A stretch of 64,000 bases of DNA from a virus (Duplodnaviria; Caudoviricetes), in the IMG/VR virus record IMGVR_UViG_3300032218_003260; one strand, given 5' to 3'. The notes under the pieces were generated by a model, which worked only from the letters and a program-made list of their open reading frames with translations, made no database searches and was not told the origin of the DNA. Numbering within the stretch: the stretch's first letter is position 1; every line of letters begins with the position of its first letter. This document shows positions 28,576-37,409 of the stretch, piece by piece. Position numbers and translations under genes: made by a program.

Positions 28576-28797
28576 TGTGTCAAAAGCCCCTGCGATCCCC
28601 TGTCCGCAGGACCTACCACGGCCGAAGCCGCGGTTCTGCAGCAACTTTCAAGGACATAATTTCGTCCCGTGTGGCATTTGCTGCTCCTCCGCCCGTGAGC
28701 CCGACAAAATCTGACCACGGAACCTGTAACCCCCGCGGCATCCCTGCCTTGGAAGATACGCCTAACCAGCCGACCACCACGGCTAACTTTTGACACA
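28576..28797 (-). ncRNA. Candidate structured ncRNA closed by an 11-bp stem
   Basis: Intergenic; TGTGTCAAAAG (28576-28586) and CTTTTGACACA (28787-28797) are perfect inverted repeats; internal hairpins include CCGCGGC-TTCG-GCCGTGG. Confidence 0.4.
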
Positions 28798-28813
28798 AAC
28801 TCAGTTTAACATT

Positions 28814-28845
28814 TTTTATTAGGCGCAAGATACTGCCTAATAAAA
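28814..28845. repeat. 11-bp perfect palindrome
   Basis: TTTTATTAGGC-N10-GCCTAATAAAA. Confidence 0.85.
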
Positions 28846-28875
28846 CGCGGCGATAAATTGTCAAAGAGCGCGCTG

Positions 28876-29328
28876 CTAAATGTACCGCGCGGGAGAATTA
28901 CTGCACAGACCGGCGGGTTCAAATTGATCAATCCAGCCGTGAGATGTTTCAGGAAGAAAGGCGATCGACCGCTGGGTGAGTTCACGAGGAGCAGGCGTCC
29001 AGATGAACTGCGCACTCGTCAGTGTGGGGGTGTCGCTGTCGCAGAAAGCATGCGCGCCGACATTACATAGCGCGTCAAGAGTTTCGCCGTCAAAGCACCG
29101 CGACCAGACGCGCTGCTTGGAAAAAAACCCGGGCTGCGCAATGTTAAAGCCGCCGTCAAATGGCAGCAAAAAACTTCCCTGATGAAACACGACGTTTACG
29201 CATACATGCCAGCCCGCAGAAAGCGCGGCCTGTACGTACGCAAAGCGGTTTTCTTTCTCCGGCAGCGCCCCGTTAATGTTGCCGAGATTGGCAATCAAAA
29301 TACCGTCAAACCGCGTGTTGCGCGCCAT
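28876..29328 (-). CDS. GDPD/PLC-like phosphodiesterase-fold protein with degenerate catalytic motifs
   Basis: 150 aa; IANLGN...EN...Y...AL.AGW.VCVNV...LTS..IWT follows the phage GDPD-like pattern, but the HRG, EID and GHD motifs are substituted. Confidence 0.55.
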   Translation of the reverse strand: MARNTRFDGILIANLGNINGALPEKENRFAYVQAALSAGWHVCVNVVFHQGSFLLPFDGGFNIAQPGFFSKQRVWSRCFDGETLDALCNVGAHAFCDSDTPTLTSAQFIWTPAPRELTQRSIAFLPETSHGWIDQFEPAGLCSNSPARYI

Positions 29329-29415
29329 GCCAACTTCCTTGACTTGTTAACGACTGCCACGTGTTTGTATGTGGCGTATCCTACTCGTGACCGCAGAGTG
29401 TGTCTACGAGTTGCG

Positions 29416-30450
29416 TCAAAGAATCTTGGCGGCAATCAGACATCCGCGCGCAACAGCGTGCAGCGGATCTTTAGCATGACGAACTTCTTTCACCGGCAAC
29501 GGAAAGCCATTCTCTTCAAGCTTCTTTGTGAACATTTCCACAAAGCCTTTGGCCCGCGTCGTACCGCCGGCCAAAGATATCAGAATCGGCTCTTTGAACT
29601 TGGGCAGCGCTTTATGGTCGCGCAGTGCGGCCGCAAGCTGCTTCGTCGTGTAATCGATCAGGCGCTCATAGTACACGCTCACAGCAGCAAGAATTGCGTT
29701 GTCTCCGCCGCCCTCGCCGATAACAAACGTGCCGTGCTCCTTCTCAGCTTGCACAACAGAGTCCGGCTCGTTCGTTGCAACAGCCGTCATGCGATCGATC
29801 CAGTCGCCGGACTTTGTCGTCGAGAACAGCACGGTTGGCTCGCCATTGAGCATCACGCACACGTTCACCATGCCGGCGCCCCATGACAGACCGATGCCGG
29901 TGTAGTCGTCGTGCTCCAGCTCCGAGTAGCACAGCGCCTCGGCTTCGTTGATCGCGCGGGCAGCATAACCCTGTTCAGACAGCACTGTCTTTACTACGTC
30001 TTCGTGGTACGCAACGTCAAAATCATCGTCTTCTTGGTCGACGGGTTGAGCTGGTACGCAGAAGATCAGCTTCTCGTTGGGCGTGCCGGCTGTGCCGACC
30101 ACCTCTTTGAGAATAAACGCCAGCACGCGCTTGGCCTCTTTTTCCTTGGGGCTGACAACGCCGCGGTACATTGGGCGCTTGGCAGAATCATTGCGCTCGA
30201 CGGCTTTCTCAATGGCGTCTTGGCCGAGAATGATAAAACTCCCGTCGGCGTCTTTCACGAAAACTTTGCCCTGCAGGCCCTTCTCGATCATCTTCGTGGC
30301 CACGGGCGTCGTCGGTTTGATGACGTAAAACGCATCACGGAAGTCTTTGTATTCTACGTTGCCCACCAGATGCGGATCGGTCGTGAAGTTAGCGGCAGCG
30401 TCTTGAGCCAGCACGATAAACGATGTTCCGACGTCTAAACCCTTGGCCAT
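29416..30450 (-). CDS. Actin-fold ATPase (MreB/ParM/MamK superfamily)
   Basis: 344 aa; GLDVGTS (phosphate 1), INEAEA (connect 1), WGAGMVN (phosphate 2), EKE, LAGGT (adenosine) and DPLHAVARG (connect 2). Confidence 0.88.
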   Translation of the reverse strand: MAKGLDVGTSFIVLAQDAAANFTTDPHLVGNVEYKDFRDAFYVIKPTTPVATKMIEKGLQGKVFVKDADGSFIILGQDAIEKAVERNDSAKRPMYRGVVSPKEKEAKRVLAFILKEVVGTAGTPNEKLIFCVPAQPVDQEDDDFDVAYHEDVVKTVLSEQGYAARAINEAEALCYSELEHDDYTGIGLSWGAGMVNVCVMLNGEPTVLFSTTKSGDWIDRMTAVATNEPDSVVQAEKEHGTFVIGEGGGDNAILAAVSVYYERLIDYTTKQLAAALRDHKALPKFKEPILISLAGGTTRAKGFVEMFTKKLEENGFPLPVKEVRHAKDPLHAVARGCLIAAKIL

Positions 30451-30452
30451 GA

Positions 30453-30569
30453 TTACTTCCCTTTCTTTTCGAGCTTTTTTTCCAGCTTTTTAATGTACTT
30501 GGCCTGCGCGCGCAATTTAACGCACTGTTTCTTGACCTTCTTCTTCGTCCACTTGTCCCAGAAGCTCAT
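30453..30569 (-). CDS. 38-aa highly basic peptide
   Basis: Manual translation MSFWDKWTKKKVKKQCVKLRAQAKYIKKLEKKLEKKGK; TGATG overlap with the upstream gene, ending 2 nt before the actin gene. Confidence 0.55.
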   Translation of the reverse strand: MSFWDKWTKKKVKKQCVKLRAQAKYIKKLEKKLEKKGK

Positions 30570-30913
30570 CACTTCCCCTTCAGCTGCGCGAGCTTGGACA
30601 CGGACGAACTAATATCATCCTGTGTCTGCGTCGTTTTGCCAAGTTCGAGTTGTTGCGTTTTTTGCAACGTCTCGGTGTTAATTGCGCCTACGTATTTGCC
30701 GGTGTCGATTTCTATCTTGCCTTTGCCGGGCGCGATCTCTTTCATGGCCGCGCGCAGAGTATTCGTCGTAGGCGGGCTAATGGCGGTCGGCGCGTACATC
30801 GGCACAATACCAGCCACGCGCGCCACCAGCCAGTCCAGCCGGCCGATTGCGTAACCCAGCGCAACGCTTCCGGCGACAATTAAGGCTACAACAGAGTAGG
30901 GCAGAATTAGCAT
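30569..30913 (-). CDS. N-terminally membrane-anchored protein
   Basis: 114 aa; hydrophobic N-terminus and a possible coiled C-terminus; translationally coupled toward the actin gene. Confidence 0.6.
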   Translation of the reverse strand: MLILPYSVVALIVAGSVALGYAIGRLDWLVARVAGIVPMYAPTAISPPTTNTLRAAMKEIAPGKGKIEIDTGKYVGAINTETLQKTQQLELGKTTQTQDDISSSVSKLAQLKGK

Positions 30914-31611
30914 GTTTCAGGCTTGCGCCATCCCCGGTGTGATTTGATGCGCCCGGCGTTCACGCTGCGCATATGGCAGTCACGCAGTCCGTTGTGGCGG
31001 CAGAAGTCTTTGAGGTTGTGAATGATAACTAAATCACCGTCTGGATTGAGAAAGTTATACGTTTTGGCGTACTTTTCGCGAATAACGTTGCGCCCGCGCT
31101 CACGAAGTTCTTCCATCCGCTGCTCAGGAATAGCGTGCACACCCGTTTTCATTTCGACTGACTTGGTGCCGCCAATACTCGCCCATTTTTGCCGGGTTGC
31201 TGCGTCCATGCCCGCAAACCCAGAGCCGCTATCGTGCGAGCGTTGGTTGGCTAGTTTGCGCTGCGCTGGCGTGAGGAGAAACCGCCCTGCCGCATTCCGG
31301 TTTAAACACACCTCTGGGCCCAAGTGTTCTGCGTCGGCGTGCGCGGCTTTAATTAGGGTTGTCTCGGCTTTGGACAGATCCGCTGCAGCCTTTTTTGACT
31401 CCCTGCGGTATTGCGCCTGCAGCACGATTTTAATCGCGTCTGCTTGATATTCTGCGTGCTCTGGGTCGTTGTAGTGCGCGAATGTAACTGGCGAACCAAA
31501 ATACCCGTGATCATCGTCTGGGCTGCGGTCGGTAACGCGCGAGCCGTAGTAGAACTTGTACCCCAACGACGGGTACAGGATCACATACAGGTAGTACCAG
31601 CGTTTACGCAT
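30907..31611 (-). CDS. Free-standing GIY-YIG homing endonuclease (Seg-like)
   Basis: 234 aa; YLYVI...KFYYGSR...GYFGS, plus a C-terminal NUMOD-like YNFLNPDG...NLKDFCRHNGL...SHRGW. Confidence 0.8.
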   Translation of the reverse strand: MRKRWYYLYVILYPSLGYKFYYGSRVTDRSPDDDHGYFGSPVTFAHYNDPEHAEYQADAIKIVLQAQYRRESKKAAADLSKAETTLIKAAHADAEHLGPEVCLNRNAAGRFLLTPAQRKLANQRSHDSGSGFAGMDAATRQKWASIGGTKSVEMKTGVHAIPEQRMEELRERGRNVIREKYAKTYNFLNPDGDLVIIHNLKDFCRHNGLRDCHMRSVNAGRIKSHRGWRKPETC

Positions 31612-31612
31612 A

Positions 31613-31658
31613 CACTGAATCCGTTCAGTGCTGGTTTTCAGCCAAATCCGTTTGGCTG
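31613..31658 (-). promoter_or_regulatory. Twin hairpins at the endonuclease translation start
   Basis: CAGCCAAA-CGGA-TTTGGCTG and CACTGAA-CGGA-TTCAGTG, the second ending 1 nt before the ATG. Confidence 0.6.
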
Positions 31659-31684
31659 CCGATAACTTACGTCACCGGGCTGCG

Positions 31685-31897
31685 TTATTGTAACAATTTA
31701 AGCGCGATAATTGGAACCGTTGTATATGCAAGAACAACAGCAATTAACCACAAAATAGAAAAAAACACGCGCCTGATACGCATGTTTGTATGCCAATAGC
31801 GCGCCCGAATTTCGTCCGAGTCGTGGCGCTGCAGAATCTTCGCGTCTAACTCGATCGTTTCTTCAACGGTTAGCTCGGGCTGTGGTTCTCGCGGCAT
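31685..31897 (-). CDS. Small membrane protein
   Basis: 70 aa with a C-terminal TM helix. Confidence 0.55.
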   Translation of the reverse strand: MPREPQPELTVEETIELDAKILQRHDSDEIRARYWHTNMRIRRVFFSILWLIAVVLAYTTVPIIALKLLQ

Positions 31898-31900
31898 AGT

Positions 31901-32389
31901 TCACACTTCAATGTATTTTTCATCGCGCAACACAAGAACGCCAAGTTTTTCTTCAAGCCGGATATATTTCACACTCGCTTCGCGAAACATTTCGTCGCCG
32001 CGGTCGCAGCTTTCTTGCCACGAGCCGTGAGCAGGTGGATGCGCAAACCCGACAACTTCAGTAATTCCGGCGCAGATAATCGCCCGCGCACACTCGGCGC
32101 AGGCGAACCACGGGCAGTACAGCGTCGCGTTACGGGTCGGCACACCCATCTTAGCCGCGCGATAAATAACATTACGCTCGGCGTGCTCAATGTACGAATA
32201 CTTGAGCGGCCGCTGCAGTCGATCGACAGTTTTTACAACGTCGAGTGGCAAGCGGTTGGCTTCGACAACAATATCGCCACGCGGCGTGACAAGGACCGCG
32301 CCGTTCTGCGTGTGAACGTCGTCCGACACGGTTGTCGCGACGTGACAGGCAATGCGCAAGTAAAACAGCGGATCCATGTGGTCGGGCAT
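31901..32389 (-). CDS. dCMP deaminase
   Basis: 162 aa; HAERN and LYCPWFACAECARAII zinc motifs. Confidence 0.9.
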   Translation of the reverse strand: MPDHMDPLFYLRIACHVATTVSDDVHTQNGAVLVTPRGDIVVEANRLPLDVVKTVDRLQRPLKYSYIEHAERNVIYRAAKMGVPTRNATLYCPWFACAECARAIICAGITEVVGFAHPPAHGSWQESCDRGDEMFREASVKYIRLEEKLGVLVLRDEKYIEV

Positions 32390-32651
32390 AGCTGTAATAA
32401 ACGCGGGTTGAATACTGGCAGCAGGACCGCTCGTGTCCCGCTTGTGCTCGTGTAACGTTGGGGCGAAGGAGGCGCTTGGAAACGTTTGAAACCCAGCAAC
32501 CAGTATCCGGCACCACGGCTAACCAAGTGTGATGCAAACACCGGGAGGACGACCGGTGTTCTGCGGCGTCACGTCCGGGCTGGCGCAGAACGGACGGGAG
32601 TGATCCGCTCGCAGCGCATTCCGGCCACCATGCCGCAACTCTCCCGCGTGT

Positions 32652-33194
32652 TCAACTCCGTGAATCCATGTTGTTTAATTTTCGTGCTTGCCGCTTATCG
32701 ACGTCGGCCAGAATGCGCTGGATGTGCCGCGAGTCTTCAAAGCTATCTTGCAGATGATCTTCATAGAACACTTCAAGATACGCGGCTGCAACCTTGTCAT
32801 CGAGCGATTTGAGCTGTTCAAGGCGCTTCGCGTAGTTTACGACGACTTGGCGTTCCAGCGTGTGCGCTTCGATTAAGATATCTTCGACGCGCGTGTACGT
32901 AGCAAACGGGTGTCCGCCGGCGCAGGGCTGAACGAAGTCAAACCCGTACAGGCAGTCTAGAAACTGCTGCACGTGATTCAGTTCGCCCTTGGCCGCTTCC
33001 GTCAGAAACTCTTTGTATTCCTCGGCGTGCAAGCCAGTTACAGCGCTAGCGTGATACAGATAGAACTGCAGGTGCGTCCATTCGTTCTGCAGATCTTCGT
33101 TGATCAATGTCACGAATTCAGCCAGCGTGTATTTACCCGGTTCACCTTCGGGCCCGGGTTCGCCGCTGTGATTTGTTACTCCTTCGTCGGACAT
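32652..33194 (-). CDS. Ferritin/bacterioferritin-like protein
   Basis: 180 aa; EDLQNEW...Y..HA, GELNH, LERQVVVNY and EDSRH diiron-type motifs. Confidence 0.75.
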   Translation of the reverse strand: MSDEGVTNHSGEPGPEGEPGKYTLAEFVTLINEDLQNEWTHLQFYLYHASAVTGLHAEEYKEFLTEAAKGELNHVQQFLDCLYGFDFVQPCAGGHPFATYTRVEDILIEAHTLERQVVVNYAKRLEQLKSLDDKVAAAYLEVFYEDHLQDSFEDSRHIQRILADVDKRQARKLNNMDSRS

Positions 33195-33718
33195 AGCAAC
33201 TGCTCCTTCAGGTAAGCCGCAAGGCGTTGGGCCTGCGGTGTTTCTTCACGAATGATCTGCTCGTAACAGACCGCGCCGTACTGCCGAAAGATCTGCACGT
33301 TATTGACGAACCAGCCCATATGGTAACCAGCCCGCATAAAGTTGACCAGATGATTTGTGGCCTCTTCGTCATACACGTAGTTCTGGCAGCCGAACTTATG
33401 CGCCCAGTATTCTTTGGGCTGGCAGTTAATATGTCCGTGTCCGCCCTGCCCCGGAAGCGCGGCACTAAAAATAATCGTCGGCGCCGTCTGCACTAACTTT
33501 TGCACAAACGCGTCGGCCAGTTCCGGGTTGATATGCTCGGCAACTTCAAGACACAAACAGATATCATAACCCCGACACATGTCGAACTGCGGGTCAAACA
33601 CACTGAACTTATCGTGCGGACAAGCCGGGTCTGGATCAATGCCGTCTACGATAAAGCCAGCGGCGCGGAGGGCGTCGACATAGATTCCGGGGCCACAGCC
33701 GACATCAAGAATTTTCAT
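33176..33718 (-). CDS. Class I SAM-dependent methyltransferase
   Basis: 180 aa; ILDVGCGPG and CLEVAEH...GQGGHGHIN. Confidence 0.85.
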   Translation of the reverse strand: MKILDVGCGPGIYVDALRAAGFIVDGIDPDPACPHDKFSVFDPQFDMCRGYDICLCLEVAEHINPELADAFVQKLVQTAPTIIFSAALPGQGGHGHINCQPKEYWAHKFGCQNYVYDEEATNHLVNFMRAGYHMGWFVNNVQIFRQYGAVCYEQIIREETPQAQRLAAYLKEQLLCPTKE

Positions 33719-34319
33719 TTACGTGCGTCTCCGCGAGCATGTGTAACCCGGCCAGATCAACGGGTGGCCGGATCACCTTGGACACCGGCACGTTCCAGCA
33801 GTCCCACTTGTACTTCCAGCCGTTGTGGCTCGTGGGGTCAACCTCGCCTTTGCGGCCGAACGTGGCGATATCGAAAAAAGCCTTTTTAGGCATGAATCCC
33901 AGCAACCACGCGCGCTCGCAGTCTTTGTGGATCCGCGCAAAACAATACCAGTCACAGAGCTGCCGGACATTCGCGTCGCAGACCGTGCAGTTGTAGAAGT
34001 CGCGCGGAACTTCGTCGTAGTTCTGCAGCTTGGTTTTGACGTCAATGCGCCCCAAGATCGCATCGCGCAGATCCCAGTGGTATATGTCGTCTCCAATCGA
34101 CCGATCCCACTGTTGCGCGTAGAAGTCATGCACAACTTCTTCACCCAAGAGCCCCGTAAACACGCCATAGCCAGCGCGAATCGAGTCGTTTAAATGCGCG
34201 CGGCCGTACTTTTTTAGCAACCGCGCTTCCATCTCGTCCACCCGCGCTAATGCCCGCGCTAGCTGCTCGGATGTAATAAACACTTCAATAACATGCTGCG
34301 TGAATACAGCAGAAGTCAT
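33705..34319 (-). CDS. Putative PD-(D/E)xK-fold nuclease
   Basis: GLLGEEVV...WDL...IDVKTK...DWYCF pattern; start at MTSAVF. Confidence 0.5.
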   Translation of the reverse strand: MTSAVFTQHVIEVFITSEQLARALARVDEMEARLLKKYGRAHLNDSIRAGYGVFTGLLGEEVVHDFYAQQWDRSIGDDIYHWDLRDAILGRIDVKTKLQNYDEVPRDFYNCTVCDANVRQLCDWYCFARIHKDCERAWLLGFMPKKAFFDIATFGRKGEVDPTSHNGWKYKWDCWNVPVSKVIRPPVDLAGLHMLAETHVNENS

Positions 34320-34380
34320 ACGCGTCCTTTCACTTCGGGGTGGGCGAAGTGTAGCGCGTATATTCACAGCGTGCAATACG

Positions 34381-35088
34381 TTACAGCTTTTTTAGAATCG
34401 CGCCGACGAGCGGATGACGCACGACGTCACTGTGGGCAAACTGCACAGTATCAATGCCCGAGATCCCTTTAAGCTTCGCCACGACTTCGTTCATGGGTGG
34501 CGGCGAAACGGGCAAGTCTGTCTGCTGCGGATCACCAGTGACGATGATTTTTGAGTTCTGCCCGAAGCGGGATAAAAATAACTTAAACTGCGTGTACGTA
34601 GCGTTCTGCGCCTCGTCGAACACGCAGATCGAATCATTGAACGTCCGGCCGCGTAGATAACATAACGGCGCCAGCACCACAGCCCGGTTCACAAACTCAC
34701 GTTTGGAGCCGAACTTACCCAGCAACGTGTCCATGGTGTCGTACAGCGGCTGCATGTACGGATTAACTTTTTCGCCAAATGAGCCCGGCAGATAGCCAAG
34801 TTTTTCACCGGCATCCACGATCGGCCGGGTGAGCACGATCGATTCGGCGCGCTTGGCCAGTATCTCGTTGATAGCAAAAGCCATCGCCAGAAACGTCTTG
34901 CCCGAGCCGGCGGAGCCGAGCAGGAACGTGATGTCGTTCTCGTTTAATGTTTTCCACGCGCGACGTTGGGTTTCCGTGCGCCATTCAATATCGCACGGCG
35001 TCAGTAAAGCTCTAGCTTTTTCTTGTTGATCATGGCGTTTCTTCTCTTTCTTCTCGGCGCGGCGGGTAGGCCGTGATTTGGGCGCCAT
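34381..35088 (-). CDS. phoH: PhoH-family ATPase
   Basis: 235 aa; GSAGSGKT, LGYLPG, LRGRTF, DEAQN, GDPQQTDL and VRHPLV. Confidence 0.95.
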   Translation of the reverse strand: MAPKSRPTRRAEKKEKKRHDQQEKARALLTPCDIEWRTETQRRAWKTLNENDITFLLGSAGSGKTFLAMAFAINEILAKRAESIVLTRPIVDAGEKLGYLPGSFGEKVNPYMQPLYDTMDTLLGKFGSKREFVNRAVVLAPLCYLRGRTFNDSICVFDEAQNATYTQFKLFLSRFGQNSKIIVTGDPQQTDLPVSPPPMNEVVAKLKGISGIDTVQFAHSDVVRHPLVGAILKKL

Positions 35089-35147
35089 AGAGTAGTGCCT
35101 TCCTTGGTGTAGTACGTGTGTGAGCGCGGCGTAAAGACTCCTTTACG

Positions 35148-37409
35148 TCACAGATCAGCAAGATCGCTTACACGACCAGACTGAAGCGGCTCAACGCCGC
35201 CGGCCGGAGCTTGGTTAGGCTGCGGTGATTGCGGACCGTAGTAGAACGGGTTTCGTACGTTAGGCACGTACGACCGAGCTGTTTGCGCTGCGTTTGTCAC
35301 GCCGCGGCGAACGTCATTGGCTGTATTTACAACAGTGTTACGAGCTGTACCGTAGGCTGTGCCGGCCGCATCGCCAATTGCAGATCCGGCGTCATGCACG
35401 CCTTGACCAATGGCGCGCGGTACGGCCATAGCTGCCTGTCCGGCCTGCTGTAAACCTGCGCCGACGCGGTTGGCCGTGTCCGAACCAAACTGCTGCGCAG
35501 AGCTAATATAAGGATCAACGGCAGGCGCAGTGGCACGATATGCGCCGTAAGTAGCTCCAGCCGCGATCGGCATAGCGACAGCCGTGCGCGCAGCGTTCAT
35601 AGCTGTGCTGCCCGGAACCTGTGTACCCGCCCAACGCGCTACGCTACCGGCGCCGCGGGCAACCTGACCAGCGCCGTACATGCCGGCACCAGTAGCCGCG
35701 CGAATACCGCCGCCGACTGCGTTACCTACGCCGCCGCGCATCATTTGTTGTGCGCCGCCGCTGGCCATTCGCGCGCCGCGGTTTACAGCCGCATTACCAA
35801 GCTCGCCAGCCGCGGCGCCGGTAGCCCGACTTACAGCGCGTGCGCCGCCAGCCACAGCACGACCACCGCCGCGGGCCATCGCGCCGAGACCTTTGGCGCC
35901 AGCGCCGATTAAACCACTCACGAGCCCAGCAGCTTCTTTTTCGCCGTGCGACTGCTGCGCGTTCGCTGCGTCTGTCGGTACGGGGTTGGGCGCCGAGCGT
36001 TGCTTGTCGTCAATAATCTTGTTACTGCCGCGCGCACTCGGCGTGCAGTTCATCTCAGTCTTGCCGCGGGCCGCACTAGAGCGCGCTTTTTTCTCTTTCT
36101 TGTCTTTCTTCTTGCTGCCGACCGGGCGGCACGAGTCGTTGCTGTAGGGCTTCTTACCCGGCACCGGCTCATAACCAGTCCAACACCGACCCGCTGCTTT
36201 ACCAAACTCCAGCGCCGAGCCTTGCTTCATACCGTTCGTGCTCGCGTTCTGCAGCTGCGGCATAAGCTGTTCAATGATATTTCTATTGTGGGTCAGAAAG
36301 TCATACATCTGCCGACCCTGTCCGCTGCTCATGTTGGGATCGCGCCCCATCAGCATCGTCGTGCCGAACTCCGGGCTCAACTGACTCAGCGCGTTGATCT
36401 GATCCATCGGGTTCCCGCCACCACCGCCAAGCATGCTGTACAACCCGTTGGCGCCCTGACCGACCATGCGCCGAGCACCGTCGCCGAACATACCGGCACC
36501 AGCGGCACCAAGACCAGCGGCGCCCAGACCCAGTGCGCCCATGCCGGCACCCAAACCCGTGTTCCCGCGGCCGCCCATAAACGCACCAGCCAGCGCCAGC
36601 GGAACACCAGCGCCGATCGCGTAGCGGGCTTCGATCGGCAGGCTGTTCCACATACCCGTCAGCCCGCCGTTGTTGGGATTCGCCTCAGCGTGCTGCGCCA
36701 TGGACATCTGCGTATTCATCTGCTGCGCATCGACGTTTTCAGACGTCGGTTCACTGCCGAGGCCCATGGCTTTTCCGGCATAGTGCATGCCGGCCGCGCC
36801 GGTCCCAGCGCCTACCGCTAGATTCAACGGATTGCGCGCGTTCGTCATGGCCGAAGAACCGCCGCCCATCCACTCAGGAAGATTCTTCGCCGCAGCCTGT
36901 GTCCGACCAACCGTCTGATCACCAAAACGCTGGCCGGCAGCGCGCGGATCTAAACCACGCACGCCTTGCACCATGTCGTCGGCTTTGTTAAGACCACGCC
37001 GCATGACATTCATCGTGCCGCGGCCAAGGCCGCCGACGGCATCGACCGCTTGGCCCGCCAGTCGGCCGGGTGTGCCGTGATACAAAGAAGCGGCCTGACC
37101 TTGCGCGGCACGGGCAGCAGCATCGAGACGGCTGGGTCCTGTCGGTTTCGCCGTAAGCGGCACTGCTTTGTAACGATCCTTGAGCGGAATGGTCAGCGGA
37201 TCAACAACGTTTTGTTGCATGCCGCGCTGATAGCCGCGCGTGGCGCTCGTGCCGCGATTGACGAGCTGTTTTCCGCCGCGCACCGCATCATCGGCAAGAC
37301 CTTTGACGGCTTTAGTGCCGGCGCCGATAATGCCGCTCAGTAATTTATCGCGCGCGCCGGCTTCTTTTTCAAGCGCAGCGATGTGTTGACCAAACTCATA
37401 TGCGTTCAT
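35148..37409 (-). CDS. Gly/Ala-rich polyprotein-like virion protein with MNAYEFG leader
   Basis: 753 aa; leader MNAYEFGQHIAALEKEAG, internal KQG/KAA/KEA sites and a CWTGY mini-module. Confidence 0.7.
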   Translation of the reverse strand: MNAYEFGQHIAALEKEAGARDKLLSGIIGAGTKAVKGLADDAVRGGKQLVNRGTSATRGYQRGMQQNVVDPLTIPLKDRYKAVPLTAKPTGPSRLDAAARAAQGQAASLYHGTPGRLAGQAVDAVGGLGRGTMNVMRRGLNKADDMVQGVRGLDPRAAGQRFGDQTVGRTQAAAKNLPEWMGGGSSAMTNARNPLNLAVGAGTGAAGMHYAGKAMGLGSEPTSENVDAQQMNTQMSMAQHAEANPNNGGLTGMWNSLPIEARYAIGAGVPLALAGAFMGGRGNTGLGAGMGALGLGAAGLGAAGAGMFGDGARRMVGQGANGLYSMLGGGGGNPMDQINALSQLSPEFGTTMLMGRDPNMSSGQGRQMYDFLTHNRNIIEQLMPQLQNASTNGMKQGSALEFGKAAGRCWTGYEPVPGKKPYSNDSCRPVGSKKKDKKEKKARSSAARGKTEMNCTPSARGSNKIIDDKQRSAPNPVPTDAANAQQSHGEKEAAGLVSGLIGAGAKGLGAMARGGGRAVAGGARAVSRATGAAAGELGNAAVNRGARMASGGAQQMMRGGVGNAVGGGIRAATGAGMYGAGQVARGAGSVARWAGTQVPGSTAMNAARTAVAMPIAAGATYGAYRATAPAVDPYISSAQQFGSDTANRVGAGLQQAGQAAMAVPRAIGQGVHDAGSAIGDAAGTAYGTARNTVVNTANDVRRGVTNAAQTARSYVPNVRNPFYYGPQSPQPNQAPAGGVEPLQSGRVSDLADL

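Noticed and set aside
30907-31611. GIY-YIG ORF as part of a group I intron
   Set aside because: The flanking ORFs are complete and no interrupted host gene or P7-type core was recognised; treated as free-standing.
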